35,586 nucleotides of DNA, from positions 232,532-268,117 of the forward strand of contig NMRA01000575.1 of NCBI GenBank assembly GCA_002633005.1. Reading direction: 5' to 3'. Source of the DNA: Phoronis australis. Taxonomy: Eukaryota; Animalia; Phoronida. Positions 1-12,400 of this stretch are shown in pieces (the first letter of the stretch is position 1; every line of letters begins with the position of its first letter). Under the pieces are notes generated by a model. It saw only the letters and a program-made list of their open reading frames with translations, did not search any database and was not told where the DNA came from. A program made the position numbers and the translations under genes.

Positions 1-49
1 CCGAGGGGGGTTTAAACCCCCTGAACCTTCCCCCGTAGATCCGCCACTG
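1..49. mobile_element. End of a hAT-like MITE, truncated by the window edge
   Basis: Ends ...CCCCCGTAGATCCGCCACTG; the reverse complement CAGTGGCGGATCTA resembles the termini at 4180 and 8705. Confidence 0.6.
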
Positions 50-151
50 GATGAGTACTCCTAACAGCATAACTACCCTTTGAGTTCACTGTGGAGCACA
101 TCAACCCTTTAGGTTGCTCTCGTGCATTTTGTTTGTTTTTTTTTTTTTCAG

Positions 152-439
152 AACCGCTATACAACATTAGCGTGCTGGTGTCTTTATCTGATGGTGACGT
201 AAGAGTGTATGGTGGAAGTAACGTTCACATCGGCACAGACGCCATAGAGAGTGGACTGCACGTAGATATAGTGTCAAGTGGTGCTACTTCGGTGCCTGTG
301 TCAAACGGAAACGTAGGCACAGGAACTAATGCCTATTCGCAATACACAACAGAGGACAAGTTCGCCGCTTACTTCTTTACAGTAAACAAGAAAAATCTCT
401 ACTCGTGGGTGATCGTTCCCGGCGTTACATTCTCAACAG
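152..439 (+). CDS. Exon: N-terminal Ig-like domain (Tie Ig1-like), phase 1-1
   Basis: Long T-tract+CAG acceptor, AG|GTGGGT donor, 288 nt open ([10 protein letters not shown]...[11 protein letters not shown]...VPGVTFST). C-terminal part resembles Tie2 KINGAYFC...ASFLP. Confidence 0.72.
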
Positions 440-3400
440 GTGGGTACTCAAGAAGCCTGAGTCATCATTTCTGTTGACGCCTGACCTTCCTATTTCCCTG
501 CACAAATGGATGTGTCGTGAACTAGCTAATATACTTTTTACATCAAATAACTCCTTCTACTGAAGACCACCAGCAGCCTCTGCATATATAACACACTGCT
601 AAGAAAGTAGTCCATATTTAATATGCATTCCATGTTCATTAAAGAATAATACGACAAAAACTTAGTAATAGTGCGAAGAACACTCTTTCAACGAAAAATG
701 CTAGTATGTAAATGGCTTATCCCGGTTTTTGGGTAAATTGTGGAAAGTTAAGTGCTAGGGTCAAACACAAGAAATTGCGATTTTAGAAACTGTGTTTTAT
801 TATTAGATTTTAAAATTCGCTTAAGTTCCAAATGAGCAAATCTATTGAGATACACAGCTTGCAATTTATTCATAATAATACGAAAGCTGTCTATTGAACA
901 TTTCCACATGACCTGGAATGTGTTACGACACGACTGGTTAATAACACCGAGTACGTAACTTTGTGATGCAACATGGGCGAATCACAACGCAGTGCAAAGT
1001 AGAAGTCCATACTCCTACACTTAACCCTTTGCAATTCACTAAAACAACCAAACGCACGCCAACTAAACAATGCCAGAATTCCCAGAAGGTGACAAGGTTA
1101 TGATTGACAAGTCGGGTGTCGGAACCGTATTCCTAGTCGGAAGGATGTCGAAAACCTAAACGGACCCATCCTCGGCAGCGAATTCAATACTTACGTTGAT
1201 TCAAACGGAGACGAACCCCAACACAAGAAACGCGGTGACACGATCTAGCTTTGCTTTTTCAAGGTCACTTCAGTGCTAACGCGCGGGAAGCCTTGCTGGC
1301 TGATATTTATCAACAATTTCTTAAGTTTTAGTATTACAACTTCAAAGGCTAGTTATTAGAATCTAACTTGAGTATTTGTTACGAAAGCTGAATGCAATTT
1401 GCAATAGCTAAATTTAAAATCAAGCTATTAACCAAAAGTAACTGAATGACATTACATTTCGCTAGCGTGCTTTTACAAAAGATGCTTCATGTGGTTGTAA
1501 GTTTTATACACTTCGACTATTTCGGCAAAAAGATCGTCAAGCCTCGGGATTTTTGACGAAATTTCCAAAAGGTTTTGCCCATGTCATGAACTTGAGACTC
1601 ATCTAGGATTCTCTATTTACTAGATGCAAACAACACATGCACACTGTGAAGGTTTACCTTGGCTAGGTGCTAAATGTGGGTGGTGTTGATAATGGTTTTG
1701 TTTCATTTGTTTGGCCAAAAACATGGTTGCGCCATTGACTCTAGTTTACTGTTCAGAAGCTCTTGGGTTGTTCAATATTTGGAAAACGCCTTTTTACCTG
1801 TTTGCACACATTTGGTGTGAACCAAACGTCTATCAATAGCAGATTTGTTACGACAAGAGACAAGTGATGTAAAGAAGGGAGTCAGAATAGATAGTCCAAA
1901 GGTTGCAAATCAAATATCGACAAATTTTAATATCTGCAACCTCACATCAGAAATTGCTTGTTTCAAGTCGAGCAAATCAATCAGCGTGTCGGCAATGTCA
2001 ATGTAATACACAAGGAGAAGACGTAAAAGATTAACATAAAGTATTGGTCAACGTCTCCGTCTGCGAATGCACGGGAAAATCTGGTAAGAAGTACATGTAA
2101 GCCGCATCACACCACTATCCACTATGAAGGACTTGCGCGCATTACGATTTACAAGGGATGCCATTTCCCAGGAATTCGTCTCTCAGTCACAGAATTGGAT
2201 GTAAGTCGGGCATTCCATCTGATGGTGGATTAGTCAAGTACCGATCCTACTGAAATAGAAAAGGTCTTAAATTCAAATTGCTGACGATTTCTTTTTACAT
2301 TCACCTCCAATGATGAAATTTTCTTTATTTGTTCGTTATGACGCTGTCTTCAGAAGCAAAACTTTATTGCTTGTTATTTGCTATCTTCAAGTCTCGCAGG
2401 GTGTGCACATTACCGTCTCTCTTTTACATAAATATCATGAAAAATGGGAATGAATTTTGTTGTTTTTGAAATATGCCACACATTTTTAACAGTGTGCAAA
2501 TGCGTTCCAATTTTCACCTAGTGTTGGTAGAGAGTCACTGTGACAGGTTTCCCCCGTGGCAATGGGTAAACATGCCGATAGTCACAAAAATTGCTATTAG
2601 ATATCGGGGCGACGATTGACTGAAAACCGGTTCGAGTTGATCCACTCAAACAAAACGTCCAGCAAAATATCTCCTTCATGCTCCAGCCCATACTTTGAAG
2701 CTTTGGTTGATATTGAAATTAAAGTCACTATTAGCAACTGTTACAATCGTTGACTCATTCAAGAACTACTCCTCTAACTTGCTGTCTGTTTAATTTGGTC
2801 ATTTAACTTGGTAACTGATGTCGCCCTATCCCTGTGAAGAGTGTTCCATGATCGATTAGGAACTCGCGTGGGAGCTCCACTGTATTGAAGACCTTTAACG
2901 GTGCTTCAGTCACAGTCTTCGGTAACGCCACCGTTTCTGGATACCAGGTAACAATAGCTGCTGTTCATACGGTCAGTTGTCTTCCTATAACCGAGATGTT
3001 TCCTCTTTTAAACAAGCCTCGCCGCGGATTTTAGTATCTTGCTGGGCTTGTTTTACCTCGTCACCATCTTTATTATTGAGTTGTCAATAGAGTATCACTC
3101 GTTGAACCTCCGTGGTGTACAAAATCTTGCCTGTCGTTCTGTCTTGGCTTCAGCTTGATGTCACAGCTTTTCCTGAGATGAATCATCTCCCTTGGCTTCC
3201 CCGAACTGCAGCAAATACACCTCATATGTGGTCATGTATACGGCTTAAAGCCAATAATGGACGGTAACACCTGTAAATTTTGTTCCTACGAACGTCGCTC
3301 TGAGCCCACCAGTGCCATAAATTGTCAAATGTAACGAACTGTTTGGCGTAAAGTGTTACTTTTTTCAACATTACTGCGACAATCACTTTTTAATCCAAGC

Positions 3401-6400
3401 AGCTGTGAGTAACACCCGCACGCAATGGTGTTCTATTCAGTCTCCTATTCAATACAATTGTTATCGGTGAAGCAGTATGGCACAAAAAGGCAGCTTCACC
3501 CATCATTTGACGGGATTAAACCTACATTTTCTCGCCAAAGCTTTAATAGGACCATCTGGTTAACCCAATACATCTAAGACAAAATTCGGTTGAAGTTAGG
3601 CTTGATGGTCAGAATCGTGATGATCTGTTAGAGCCGTAGTCACAGCAAGTTCTTCCGAGCTAGATTCTCCGGATCCGTCTCATTTGACTGGTCCATCGTG
3701 TTTTTTATTTCTGGAATTGAGTTCACTGGGTTTTTTTCTTGCGACGAACACCCACCATCGTTAAATTTATGCAATTCAGAGGACGTCTGCCCGATGATGC
3801 TTATAAACCAACTAGATTGTAAGGAAGTCTTCGAATGCACACGAATTGGTGAAAAACGCGATGTCCACTTGATACAGTGCAAGCGAACCCTCTGTAGAAG
3901 GAACTTTTCTGCGGATCGGCCCTATCATCATGTCCTACCTCTTCAACAAAATTGCAGAAAAAGACCCACTGCATGCTTACGGATTCTCTTGATGGTTCTT
4001 AAAATAATATGCTATTACTCAAATTCAATCCATTTGCACTTAGCGAGTCTGTCCAATTGGCAACAGATAAATCTTTCAAATAGTCAATAACATGAATATT
4101 CAAGTCAAATAACGCTATGACCAATACGTCGTCTCTCCTGATACATTGTCAGGGTGAATCCCATAAACGGTGATCAAATCAGGGGCGGATCCAGGGTTTT
4201 GAGCTGGGGGAGGGTCAGGGCACAGGAATAACCAGAATTTTGCCAGCCTAAAATGTAGGGATGTAGGGAGTCTTGAACTTTCGGGACCTTATGACTATAA
4301 AAAGGGGTAAACGGGATTCAAGGCAATGCATTGTGCTTTCGACCCTGGAGCCCCCCTTAGTCCTGTCCCTTAGCAGCCAAAAACTTCAAAACATTTAAAG
4401 CACCAAAGTTGGTACACATATAGTTTTGGACACGCTGAGTCTTATGGAGGTCGGTTGCCCGAAATTTGAGTGCAAGGTCAAGGTCAAATCAAGGTCAGAG
4501 GTCAAGTGGGTAATTTTTTTGAAATGGCTTGACACGAAATATCTGCTTCATTACTGTTTCAGGCGATAAGCAGGAGACATTATTTTGATTTAAAATTAAT
4601 GTCGATGACTTGTATAAACAAGCTGAAAGTTAAAAAGTAATTTTGCAGACACTTAATCAACAGAACATAGAGGGTTCAATGAAAATAAGTCTATACATGT
4701 ATGTTTTATCTGGCTGAGACAAACTGTCAAACTGGTACGAATATGCAATTAAAATGTTTTACCTTTAACAGAAATTTATTTTAAAATGTCTGTGTTAAAA
4801 TATTCATGGTTAATTATGTAACAAATCGTCTCCGTAATTAAAGGAAATTGGACATCTCGCTAAATTCTCAAGGAACAATTGCTGTAACTTTTATCATCAT
4901 ATCGCGTTTGGTCGTGATAGACCGACTGAAAAAACGTCACCTCATTTTCGAGTCGATGGAAACTCCTGAGAAAACCACAAACCTTTGGGTAACATGTGAT
5001 TTCACTCCTATCCACATTATCTGGTATTGTTAAGTTCCATTGCCAGGCCTGCCGTAATTTCCATGTTTATTGCTTCTAGAGCCCTAATGGGTAATAAACT
5101 ATTGAAATCGTCAACAAAAGGATAAAACGTGTCAAGTTTATAGTTCCTGTAACCCCTGAGATTATATCATGAATATTTCGCTTTATGGCTTTTGGTGGAC
5201 TTCAGTACATCTGAAGACAGGAGCAGGGATTTCCTGTTTAAATCACTACAGTAGCTATTCGCATAGATAAAATAAAAGTTGTTTAATAAGGCCTATGAGA
5301 GTATTTTTTCCAACAGCCCTATTCCGATAAATAATACGTATACAAAAATTACGCTTTAATTTTGCAGTATCTTCTTCCCAAGGCCATGTTGTTTGAGCAA
5401 TTCCCTACCCCAGATTCACCACTAGTATTGCCCGACATCCGATTGTTCTAAAACTTTACTCACCATCCAGAAAGCAGTTGAGATAACGTACATTTTCCGA
5501 ATAACAGGCCATAGGCGCAATTCAAAGAAATGTTTCGAAGACAGCTGGTTACCTGAGCTGGAACAATACGTCAGCTCTGGTTACGTGACTATGACGTATT
5601 TTTACCGCCTTCAGGCCGGAGGCATGAATGGCTACAGCTGGTAGAGCTGATTCCTTTCTTCAAGCTTCACACCTGACTCGAACAATATATGCACATCTGT
5701 GGCAAAGCTTCAAGAAGAATCATTTCATATTGTGGGAAATGAAGGTGCAGTTTTCGACCAACATCTTTCTCCGGCTGGAAAAGTAATAACCCAACAAGAA
5801 GTCTAAAATTTGATTTCTGGAATGTTATGTTACTGATCTTGATGTTCACCCTTGCTCATAGTGAAGACAACTTGTCGCTGTACATTGATTTCCTTGAATT
5901 GCTTGTGCTCTACTTCTTTGTTCTTGACCTTCAAATTTGTGCAATATGGGTCCCTCTCCACATACAATATATGAGAGATATGTCAGCTACCATACGACAA
6001 TATCTGAAGAAATACCGGGTGTTTTCAAAGACACGACACATATTCTAAGCTATTGCAATTGACCAAGTAGATTATAAAAATAACACCTTAATCAAAGACA
6101 AAACGGGGCTATTGGATTAGCTGAAAATTTAAACGCTTTGACTAGGTGAGTGGTGTTTGGGTGCAAGCTAGCCCGGCTGGTGAGTGAGTTTGATTGTCAA
6201 TAGCGTTTTGAAGACATTAGTGTGGAGACAAGCCACTACAAAGGCAGTTTATACCAGAACAACTTTAAAAACCATGTGAACAGTTTGTGTGGTGTGAGAT
6301 GTAAATTCGTGCAAGGGAAACCCTTTATTTGACCATGGTGATGAACTTTTGACGATAGATATGTTACAAGTCTTCAGACTATTGAAGTGACTGGAAAACA

Positions 6401-9400
6401 GCATAATGACAACTATGTGCAAACTGTCCTAATTGTAAAGTCACAACCAATAAAGATTTCTATCAAGAAAAAACACGTTTGCTGTTTTCAGAACAGCTAG
6501 CGGGAAGGCAAAAAGAGTGACTCAGTTACGCATGGATGACATCAAGAAAGACTGCAGCTTAGTCAGCTTTTTATAGCTAGTCAAATTCTAGAAGCTAACC
6601 TGGATGATTTTCTTATTCATGAGAATCATTCTTGGTCACTATCCCTGAACCAGAACGGCAGCCTCCGTTTACCTTCACAGAAGTCACAGTTGCTCAACAT
6701 GTTGGAATTTCCTCATCCAGACGTTCCTGAATCTGTCCATGTCAACGTCTTTGGTCGACCAGCTATTGAGCACATCTTTCCTCCAAATGAATCAGTGACA
6801 TTCGGACACTTCTGCGAAAAGTACTAGGCGGGCACATTGTAACCTTCACATTGCAGTAGAATTGACATTGTGTTTGCAGATACTTACACGGAAGACAGCT
6901 TGAAAGCCACCGCAGGCGCTGATAGAGGTTCAGGTGATCTTGCCAAAGTTTCACCACAAACGCGACTTCCAGAATTTCTTGCAACACTCGAAGAATAAAG
7001 AGGAATTGTTCGTGCTGTTATCTGAAGATATCTCGGCAATCGCCTGTCCTCCAGAGCAAGATATATATATTACCTACGGTCAGTCTGTTCTTCCCTCTGG
7101 TTCTGACATACCACGGTGCGATCATGATGAGGCGGACACCCGTATGGGCTTGCAAATTACTGACGCTTTGATCGAAAGTAATCAGAGAATACTCGTTACT
7201 ACAGTGGATACTGATGTTGTGGTCGTTTTTCTTGGTGTTTTTATCAGCTTAGGGATTTGCAGCCAGCCATTCAATTACGATGGTGGTTAAAGGTAGATAG
7301 AACGCGTGTCAGTAGCGTGTTTGACCAGCTTGGGTACGATTTGTTTGTAACTCCACTAATGTTCCATGCCTTAACAGGGTCGGACACAACGTCCCAGTAC
7401 TATGGAGAAGGGAAGAAAACAAAGTGTGAGACATGAAAAGCTTACCCTGATGCTACTCGGGCATTCTCGTACCCCGCAATCAATTCCTTTCAGCAACTTA
7501 CCATCGACAGTCAGGAGTTCAAAACAAATGAGAAATTTACATGTCTCGTTCATTTATGATTGAAAAGTCAAAACCAGCCAAGCCAATGCTTTACAAAAGG
7601 ATTTTTTCCCTTGAAAAGTTCAGATCATACCTAGTCTCCACTGACAAATCCTTGTATCAAGCTGGCAATCTGATGCCCATCCATGGGAAACCAAGTCCAG
7701 AGGGATTTGGATGGCAGAGAGGCTAGACCAACAATGGACACCTTACTGGACAGACGTGCCTGAAGTCTCCAAAGCTGGCCAGCAGCTCATTAAGTGTGGT
7801 TGCAAGAGCGTACCACTATGAGACAAGTGATGTGGGTGGAAATTAATTCCTTAGTATGCACAACACTTGACAAATGCCAGTGAACATGTCAGTAACATGG
7901 TTTGTTATGGACCAAAGAAGCGGATGAAAGTGTTAATTGAATTCTGTGAATTACACTGACAATTTGACATTAATCTGTTTTGTTGCGCTGATATTAAAAG
8001 CAGTTGACATTCCGTTTACATTATATAGACTGGAGCTAGAACAAGCATATTAATGTCATTTATCAAAGCTGGCCCTTGCGTTTTTGGTAGTCTGTCAGGT
8101 TCTATGCATTAGATTGGTCTTTTTTATCATAACGTCAACCAACTTCTCATAATAATTGTACAAATTAATGATGAATTTAGTTCATTTTTAGTTAGAGAGC
8201 CTAGTTTTTGTATAATTACTCTTGCACAAGATCAAAATAGATGCTTTTGTTAAAATTGCAGTTGGTCATTTAAATTTTGGCGGCCTTATTGCATTTGTGC
8301 AAATGCGAGGTTTTAATATTATGAGGAAAATATAATGCAATGTCATTTTGATAGATTTCTAGTTAAGAAAATTCCATTACCGAGCCTTGAAATGTGTGAT
8401 CATCTCTTAAGCAACCATAGATTGTGTTACTTGGCGGCCATTTTGTTTTTCGAGATTTGACCTTGACCTTGACCTCAAAATTTGGGTAACCGACCCTCAT
8501 GAGATTTAGCATGTCAAATAGTATTGTTGTTCCAAATTTGTTGCTTTAATCCGAGGTGCAAACGTTTTCGGGTTACGGGCCTGGACTACCTACATGTAGG
8601 TGGGCGCAGGTGCCAGTCAGTAATTCGCACCCTAAGCTGCCAATTGGAATCTGGAAGAGACTTAGGGGGGGCATGTCCCTCTTGGCCCCCCTAAATCCTC
8701 CACTGCAAACGGTAACAGGATTACGAAGTAACTCACATACTCAACCAACCAAGAGCAACGTGCATGGGCACCCGTTCAGTTGATAAATGTGTTCGGTTTC
8801 CTGTCTCTTTGCTTTTGTTCGGTTGAGTAGACCCGTGCGAATGGCAGAACGTTATTTATTAAAACAGGTTTTGAATACAAAGAAGAAATTACACGACCCA
8901 GAAAGTTCAACATTTTATAAATTTTTTGAACGCTTCCAACAACACGCTCTTTACAGGCAGTGATGAGAATGTTAGGTTTTGATAAGTCTTGGTACAGTGC
9001 ATTCTTACCTTTCTTTTTTGCTTACTGAACGTCAGTAACACATTTTAGATGTTTATAACATGTGCTATACATACTTTCCTTGTCAACGTCATATAACTGT
9101 TTTTCAAAATCTTTTGGAACAAAACTTGCTTGACTAGTCACTGTAACCCATTTGATTTGCCATTTCTCGTGTCCAGCATTTTAGCATGCATCTGCAAAAA
9201 AATTTGTATAAGATACTGCCACGGGAACAGAGTCTGACAAACATTGTATCAGCTCTTCTCAACAAGGAATTTCATGTTTTTACTATCTGATAATTATATT
9301 TTGAGCTTCCGTGGCTCTGTGACTTTACAGGGACTTTGGAGGATTACAGGACATACGTTTGGCCTGTTTTTGTTCTTAATCATTATTTTTGTAATCAGTT

Positions 9401-12400
9401 ATCTAGCTAGTCCATGTTTTTATTTACCACTTGTTTCTTCTACATATATAATGCAATCACACATGTCAAGAGGCAACATACTTTATTTCTAGGAGATTGC
9501 AAAGAAGACGATATAGGGTATACTTACAGAGGTCGCATTGACGAAACACAAGGAGGTACCACCTGCCAGCGATGGGATTCTCAGAGTCCACATACGCACA
9601 TGGTTACTGAAAAGCGGTTTGAGGAAAATTATTGTAGAAACAAAGGACCAGAACCTAAACCATGGTGTTACACGAGTAGGTCTGAAACACGGTGGGACTA
9701 CTGCTCAATACCAGTCTGCACCCAAGGTGAATATACATGTGCATGTCAAAACTCTAAATGTTTAACGAAAAGATTTAAACTTTTCTAATTTCATCAAAAT
9801 CTCAAACATGCATGTCCAGATCAATAAGTTACTGATGGAGCCTTGCGTGAAAACAATCTTCCATGGTCCGGTTTGGTAATCGATCCCTTACAACAGAGAA
9901 ACAAGTCTTCATAAATTACTTGCTGTGTATCCCAAGAAGACTTATAACGTACCTGCACCAGGAAATCTGAACTACAACCTCGCACTAATAAATGCGTACG
10001 ACGCACAGTCTTCTAATGTACAAGTAGGTGACCCATAGGTTTGTTCTGCCTCCATACATGTAGCTGGTGGCCATTAACACGTGGCAAGATTTCGTTCAGC
10101 TCCCCGATCGTGGAACGATTAATAACATGATATTGGTACCATGTGCTAGGAAATGTGTACACAATTTTTTGATGTTTTTCACAAAAAGTGTAATGCACTT
10201 GGACTTAAGACCAGAAAGCATCCGAATACAGGTATGTGTGTCAAGAATATTACCTACTCCATCAACATAGAGACACAAATTCACATACTTATACATATTC
10301 AGGAAGTTATGAAACTTGTTTATCAGTTTGTTCTCATGGACAAATATCTCAAATTATGTTAGTTCTAACAACTACAAAGTATATATTTTCTGAAAAAAAA
10401 AACAAAACATGTTATTCTTACTCACTTGTCTTTATTTTTTCATGAGAAATACATTTTTAGTAAAACATTTTTAACTTTGAGCAGAGATTTAAAAAATATT
10501 GTTCATCCAATTAAATTGGTATTTTGTCAACATGTTGATAACGGCATTTCCGAGGAAACTATGTGTCAGGTTTTCGAAATAGGTCTTAGTTTTTTAATTA
10601 GCGACTTCTAGAGCATTTTGAACAAAAATGGCCATACTCTTGATTTTTGAAGGTTTCGTTCCGAAAAACTGTGACATATTTTCAAAATTTGACACGTAGT
10701 TCTCTCAAAAATGCCTTTATCAATATGTTGACAAAAAACAAAATGATTTGAGGAAAAATATTTTTAAAATATCTGTTTGAAGTCAATATTTTACTAAAAC
10801 GCATATGTCGGAAAAAAGGCAATTGAATAAAAATAATAAATTTGACAAGAAAATTTTATCACATTTCAGAAAATATGTACTTTGTAGGGGTTAGAGCTAA
10901 CAGAATTTAAGATATTTGCACATAAGTACAACATGCTAAACAAGGTTCACAGTAACCTTAATGTACATACACAAATATACAACAAAAGTCCAATGACATT
11001 CATAAGACTATCATTGTAAATTTAAAAATAGATATAAATGTAATCATAAATGTAAGATACTAGTATGCAGTGTCTTGCTGATAATAATCAATAATTGTTA
11101 CATGTTATACAGATGTGAAGAAATAACCTACACATTAGTACATGTGATCAATACCAGTTTTGCCGCAAAGGGTTCAGCTGTGAAATAGAAATTTCGAATA
11201 AAGCCACAGTGTGAGAGGTGTATCAAAATTTCCATACCCATTAAAAGAATAGCAAATCCTGTTTTGGCCTGTTAACAGATAAAATTCTCTGAAACAGAAT
11301 AATTCTTTGTAACGCCCCCGAAAACTGTCAAACGTTTGGACGACATTTTGAAAACTCTTTCCGAAGTCTGCTAAATAGGCAATCGCGACCTGATTAAAAC
11401 AGAAAATGCCGCAACCCAGCAAGAGCCATGATATTCATTTGACATGAGGAGTATTAGTTTCTAGCAGATTCAACACGCCCTCAAACCTCAAATATTGTAA
11501 AATTAATTACAGGAACGCTCTAAAAAGAATTTTTTTGTTCATTCTGGCAGATCACTTAACACAGCGTACAACTGTAGGCGCCGCCAATGTAAAATTTGAC
11601 TACAAAGGTTCATCACAAGGCACATTAAAATGGAGGAAAGATAATGGGTCTCTTACTGTTGATTTAAGTTTGTGGGAAGGTCAACAGACACCCACGATTG
11701 ATCGCGTTGAATTGGGCCACGAAGGAGTGTACATGGTTTATACTGAGCAAGGCAGGACGCTACAGGCGAGAGGGGTTTTTAGGCTCATTGTGCGAGGTAA
11801 GAGGAACTGGAGTAAACCACATATAGCCAGAACAACGCTCGGTATGATACGTGAAAAGTGTTGTATTTTTGCAGAGATCTCATAGTGAAACAAATGCCAG
11901 GCTATCATCTAGTTTCCATGTGTGGCTGTGGCGTCTTTTTATTTTTAGTTTGTAAAGAATATCTTTAGTGGGTGGAAAAAATCTACATGTAGCTAACTAC
12001 GGCTGTATGGAATTCTAAGGTCAATTACAGAAAGATTCAATGCAGACTTGTACATATTACATCTTGGGTTTGGTTGTCAAAGATTTGTCTGTCGGAAGTA
12101 CCTTTCGTCTCACCTAAATGCTATCCAATATGTGAGAAAACATTTTGTGTACAAAATGAAAGAAATCGTTGGAATTTGTTTGCTACGTGTACCTCACAAG
12201 GTTGGGCCAAACGTGTATTGCTTACTGACAATATGAATCAATATTGCTTATTTCAAATCATTTGTCGGAGATTGAAAGGACGGATAGTTTTCCAAAACTC
12301 AGTTTATCTTTCCGCGGATACATCTCTCATGAAAACAATTCTTTATCGTCAAGGGTTTTTTCAGCCTATCAAAATACAACAGTTTATTACTACTTGATGG

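Larger units (their letters stand above)
4180..8705. mobile_element. hAT-like MITE of about 292 bp (4180-4357 + 8592-8705), split by the Academ insertion
   Basis: TIRs CAGGGGCGGATCCAGGG and (rc) CAGTGGAGGATTTAGGG; flanks CAAAT (4175-4179) and CAAAC (8706-8710). Confidence 0.7.

Noticed and set aside
3640-4090. Overlapping ORFs of 80 aa (-) and 130 aa (+) in the first intron
   Set aside because: No recognisable motifs or splice context; treated as chance ORFs or unidentifiable TE debris.
6934-7290. 118-aa ORF as an independent host XPG/FEN1-like nuclease gene
   Set aside because: It is a fragment of the frameshifted Academ ORF between the TIRs.
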